In this document: positions 38,920 to 40,887 of the stretch, piece by piece
How the letters are laid out: every line of letters begins with the position of its first letter
Numbering within the stretch: the first letter of the stretch is position 1
Notes under the pieces: generated by a model
Databases searched by the model: none
Seen by the model: only the letters and a program-made list of their open reading frames with translations
What the model was told of the DNA's origin: nothing
NCBI GenBank assembly: GCA_964554315.1
Contig: CAZKOI010000004.1
Location: forward strand, 1-40,887
From: an uncultured Enterobacterales bacterium
GTDB taxonomy: Bacteria > Myxococcota_A > UBA796
Length of the DNA stretch: 40,887 bases
Direction of reading: 5' to 3'
Translations under genes and position numbers: made by a program

Positions 38920-40887
38920 TCAGGGGCAGCTCCCACCCGAAGCGTCATAGTCGATGTTGAGCACGTACGACCCGTAGGATGAAGACGAGTAGCCATCCAC
39001 AACGATGAAGACCGTGTCGCCCGCCTCCAGCGAGACGTCGACCCGAGAGCGCAGCCCGAGCGACGGCGAGCCGTAGTAGTCGTCGTTGCAGGCAATGCTC
39101 GTGCCCTCGCAGGCGTCAAGGACCCGCAAGAGGGTGTCGTAGGAGCTTCCTTCCGTGGTCACCGTGTAGCATGCGGTCTCAGGGGCCTCGAACAGGAAGA
39201 ACCGGTCACGTGCCCCCGAAGAGCCACACTCTCCGTAGGTGTAGGTGTCGTCTTCCGAGGTGGTGTCGCCCGATCGAACCGCAGCACCGGTCTCTGTACC
39301 GAGATCCTCGTCCTCGACATAGCCATGGTCTGGGCAATCACAGTCCGAGTCCAGATCATCGACCAATCCATCGCAGTCGTTGTCGATCCGGTCACCGCAC
39401 GCCGAGCCGACCTCGCGGGCCTCAGGGCTCACCGCACCTGAGCCATCGTCACAGTCGGTCGCGTCGGCCACCCAGCCCGACGGCGCCTCACACGTGACCA
39501 AGGTGGTGCCGATATCGCCGAACCCATCGCCGTCGAGATCCCGATAGAACGTCGAGTCCGGACCCTCGTCTATCTCTCCGTCACAGTCTTCATCTCGGCC
39601 GTCCTCACAGTCCGCGTAAATGCTCGGGTTGACCAGATCGTCCGTGTCATCGCAGTCGGTATCGGATCGCACGTGGTCCGCTGGTGCCGAGCATGCCATC
39701 GTGGCCTCTCCAGCGCCGAACCCATCCCCGTCCGCGTCATAGAAGTACGCTTCGAGCGGCCATGACTCATCGATGACCCCATCGCAGTTATCGTCCACAC
39801 CATTACAGCTCTCTGAGCGGCCCGGATAGACCGTGTCGTCGTCATCATCACAGTCGGTCCCGTCGACCACATACCCGGTGACTGGCGCGCAATCGATGAT
39901 GCGATCCATGGATGTGCCGTAGCCGTCTCCGTCGAGATCGCGGAAGAACACCAAGTCCGACAGCTCTTCGTCGACGATTCCATCACAGTCGTTGTCCTTG
40001 CCGTCGCAGAGCTCGGACATGTCCCCATGAACATCGAAGTCCTCGTCGTCGCAGTCGCCGCCGACACCCACAAATCCGGAGGGCGGGTAGCAGCTGATCG
40101 CCGTCACCAAGGGATTCCCTCGTCCGTCGCCGTCCCAGTCCTCGAACCACTCGCTCATGGCATAGCCGTCATCGACCGCGCCGTTGCAGTCATCGTCGAG
40201 GCCATTGCACGCCTCCGTCCCGTCGGGCGAGACAGAGCTGCGCGAGTCATCGCAGTCTAGGTTGTTGTCGACAAAGCCCGTCGGTCGAGCGCAGGCGGCC
40301 TGCGACACATCGGGGTTACCGAAGCCGTCGCCGTCGAGATCCCGGTAATAGACCGTTCCATCCGCAGCATCGGTGTCCGTGATGCTGTCGCAGTCGTTGT
40401 CCACCCCATCACACACTTCAATGGCACCGGGCGAGACGTCCGGGTCGCGGTCATCGCAATCCCCGGGAAAGCGACTGGCTGCAAGCGGCGTTTCGCAAGA
40501 GACCCAGGACTCTGAGGCTCTGCCCCATGAGTCGCCATCAAAGTCTCGGTACCAGAGCGACCCATCGGTCGGGTTTGGGCCATCGACCTCACCGTCGCAG
40601 TCGTTGTCTACGCCGTTGCACGACTCCGTGTTCCCCGGAAAGCGTGTGGGGTCCGCATCGTCACAGTCCCCCGCTTCGAGGCTCACACCGTCACCGTCTG
40701 CATCGGTTTCTTCCGGGACCGGTGGAGCCGTGTCCGGCGCGCCTGAGTCTGAGCCCGTGGCGGTGTCGTCGGCCGACTGACCACTGTCTGGGGTTCCGGA
40801 GTCCGACCCATTGCCCGAGTCATCCAGCGGCGGGAGGGGGGGAGGAGGCGGCGGCGGGCCATCGGTTCCATCCGAGCCACAGCCAAT
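38920..40887 (-). CDS. Lipoprotein with seven Cys/Asp 'putative metal-binding motif' repeats and C-terminal beta-sandwich; 5' end off the window
   Basis: Frame is open beyond the track's GTG 40686 to the window edge (IGCGSDGTDGPPPPPPPLPP...DADGDGVSLEAG); seven DCDD...CxxxDxDCDG units; C-terminal GSSYDTLL...ACNDD...IVVDGY. Confidence 0.85.
   Translation of the reverse strand: MGCGSDGTDGPPPPPPPLPPLDDSGNGSDSGTPDSGQSADDTATGSDSGAPDTAPPVPEETDADGDGVSLEAGDCDDADPTRFPGNTESCNGVDNDCDGEVDGPNPTDGSLWYRDFDGDSWGRASESWVSCETPLAASRFPGDCDDRDPDVSPGAIEVCDGVDNDCDSITDTDAADGTVYYRDLDGDGFGNPDVSQAACARPTGFVDNNLDCDDSRSSVSPDGTEACNGLDDDCNGAVDDGYAMSEWFEDWDGDGRGNPLVTAISCYPPSGFVGVGGDCDDEDFDVHGDMSELCDGKDNDCDGIVDEELSDLVFFRDLDGDGYGTSMDRIIDCAPVTGYVVDGTDCDDDDDTVYPGRSESCNGVDDNCDGVIDESWPLEAYFYDADGDGFGAGEATMACSAPADHVRSDTDCDDTDDLVNPSIYADCEDGRDEDCDGEIDEGPDSTFYRDLDGDGFGDIGTTLVTCEAPSGWVADATDCDDGSGAVSPEAREVGSACGDRIDNDCDGLVDDLDSDCDCPDHGYVEDEDLGTETGAAVRSGDTTSEDDTYTYGECGSSGARDRFFLFEAPETACYTVTTEGSSYDTLLRVLDACEGTSIACNDDYYGSPSLGLRSRVDVSLEAGDTVFIVVDGYSSSSYGSYVLNIDYDASGGSCP

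Noticed and set aside
35880-40700. Periodic repeats as a possible CRISPR or nucleotide-level array
   Set aside because: The repeats are degenerate at DNA level and conserved only as protein motifs within ORFs
40683-40886. 67-aa ORF suggesting a frameshift at the start of the last lipoprotein
   Set aside because: The lipoprotein's own frame stays open to the window edge (IGCGSDG...); the small ORF is an alternative-frame artefact

Overview
GC-rich bacterial chromosomal window, probably from a Myxococcota/deltaproteobacterium-type genome (inferred from Cys/Asp-rich 'putative metal-binding motif' lipoproteins, a TonB_C-fused TonB-dependent receptor and a HEAT-repeat PepN). It is mostly housekeeping: moaC, arginine deiminase, fbp, an ALDH, pepN, plsX, a TCA block (citrate synthase-sucCD ... 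sdhCAB) and a tadA-tRNA-Ser x2-ffs-dnaX-recR operon. An orphan Dam methylase and several secreted lipoproteins are also present. I found no CRISPR array, integrase or transposase. Most notable: (1) dnaX is split between two reading frames at AAGGAG-CCG-TCT-CTA-TAG, which fits either a prfB-like SD-stimulated +2 UCU->UCU ribosomal hop or re-initiation at an AUA codon. (2) A CarH-type B12 photoreceptor gene sits inside the TCA block with no carotenoid genes; 11-bp direct-repeat operator candidates lie at a 69-aa membrane protein and at a TonB receptor/lipoprotein pair. (3) A His/Met/Cys-rich YtkA-like lipoprotein is coupled to a MauG/MbnH-type dihaem enzyme. (4) The citrate synthase is eukaryote-type. 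(5) An unknown outer-membrane-like protein has a sigma54 promoter. All family calls are from motif recognition by eye; no database searches were run.
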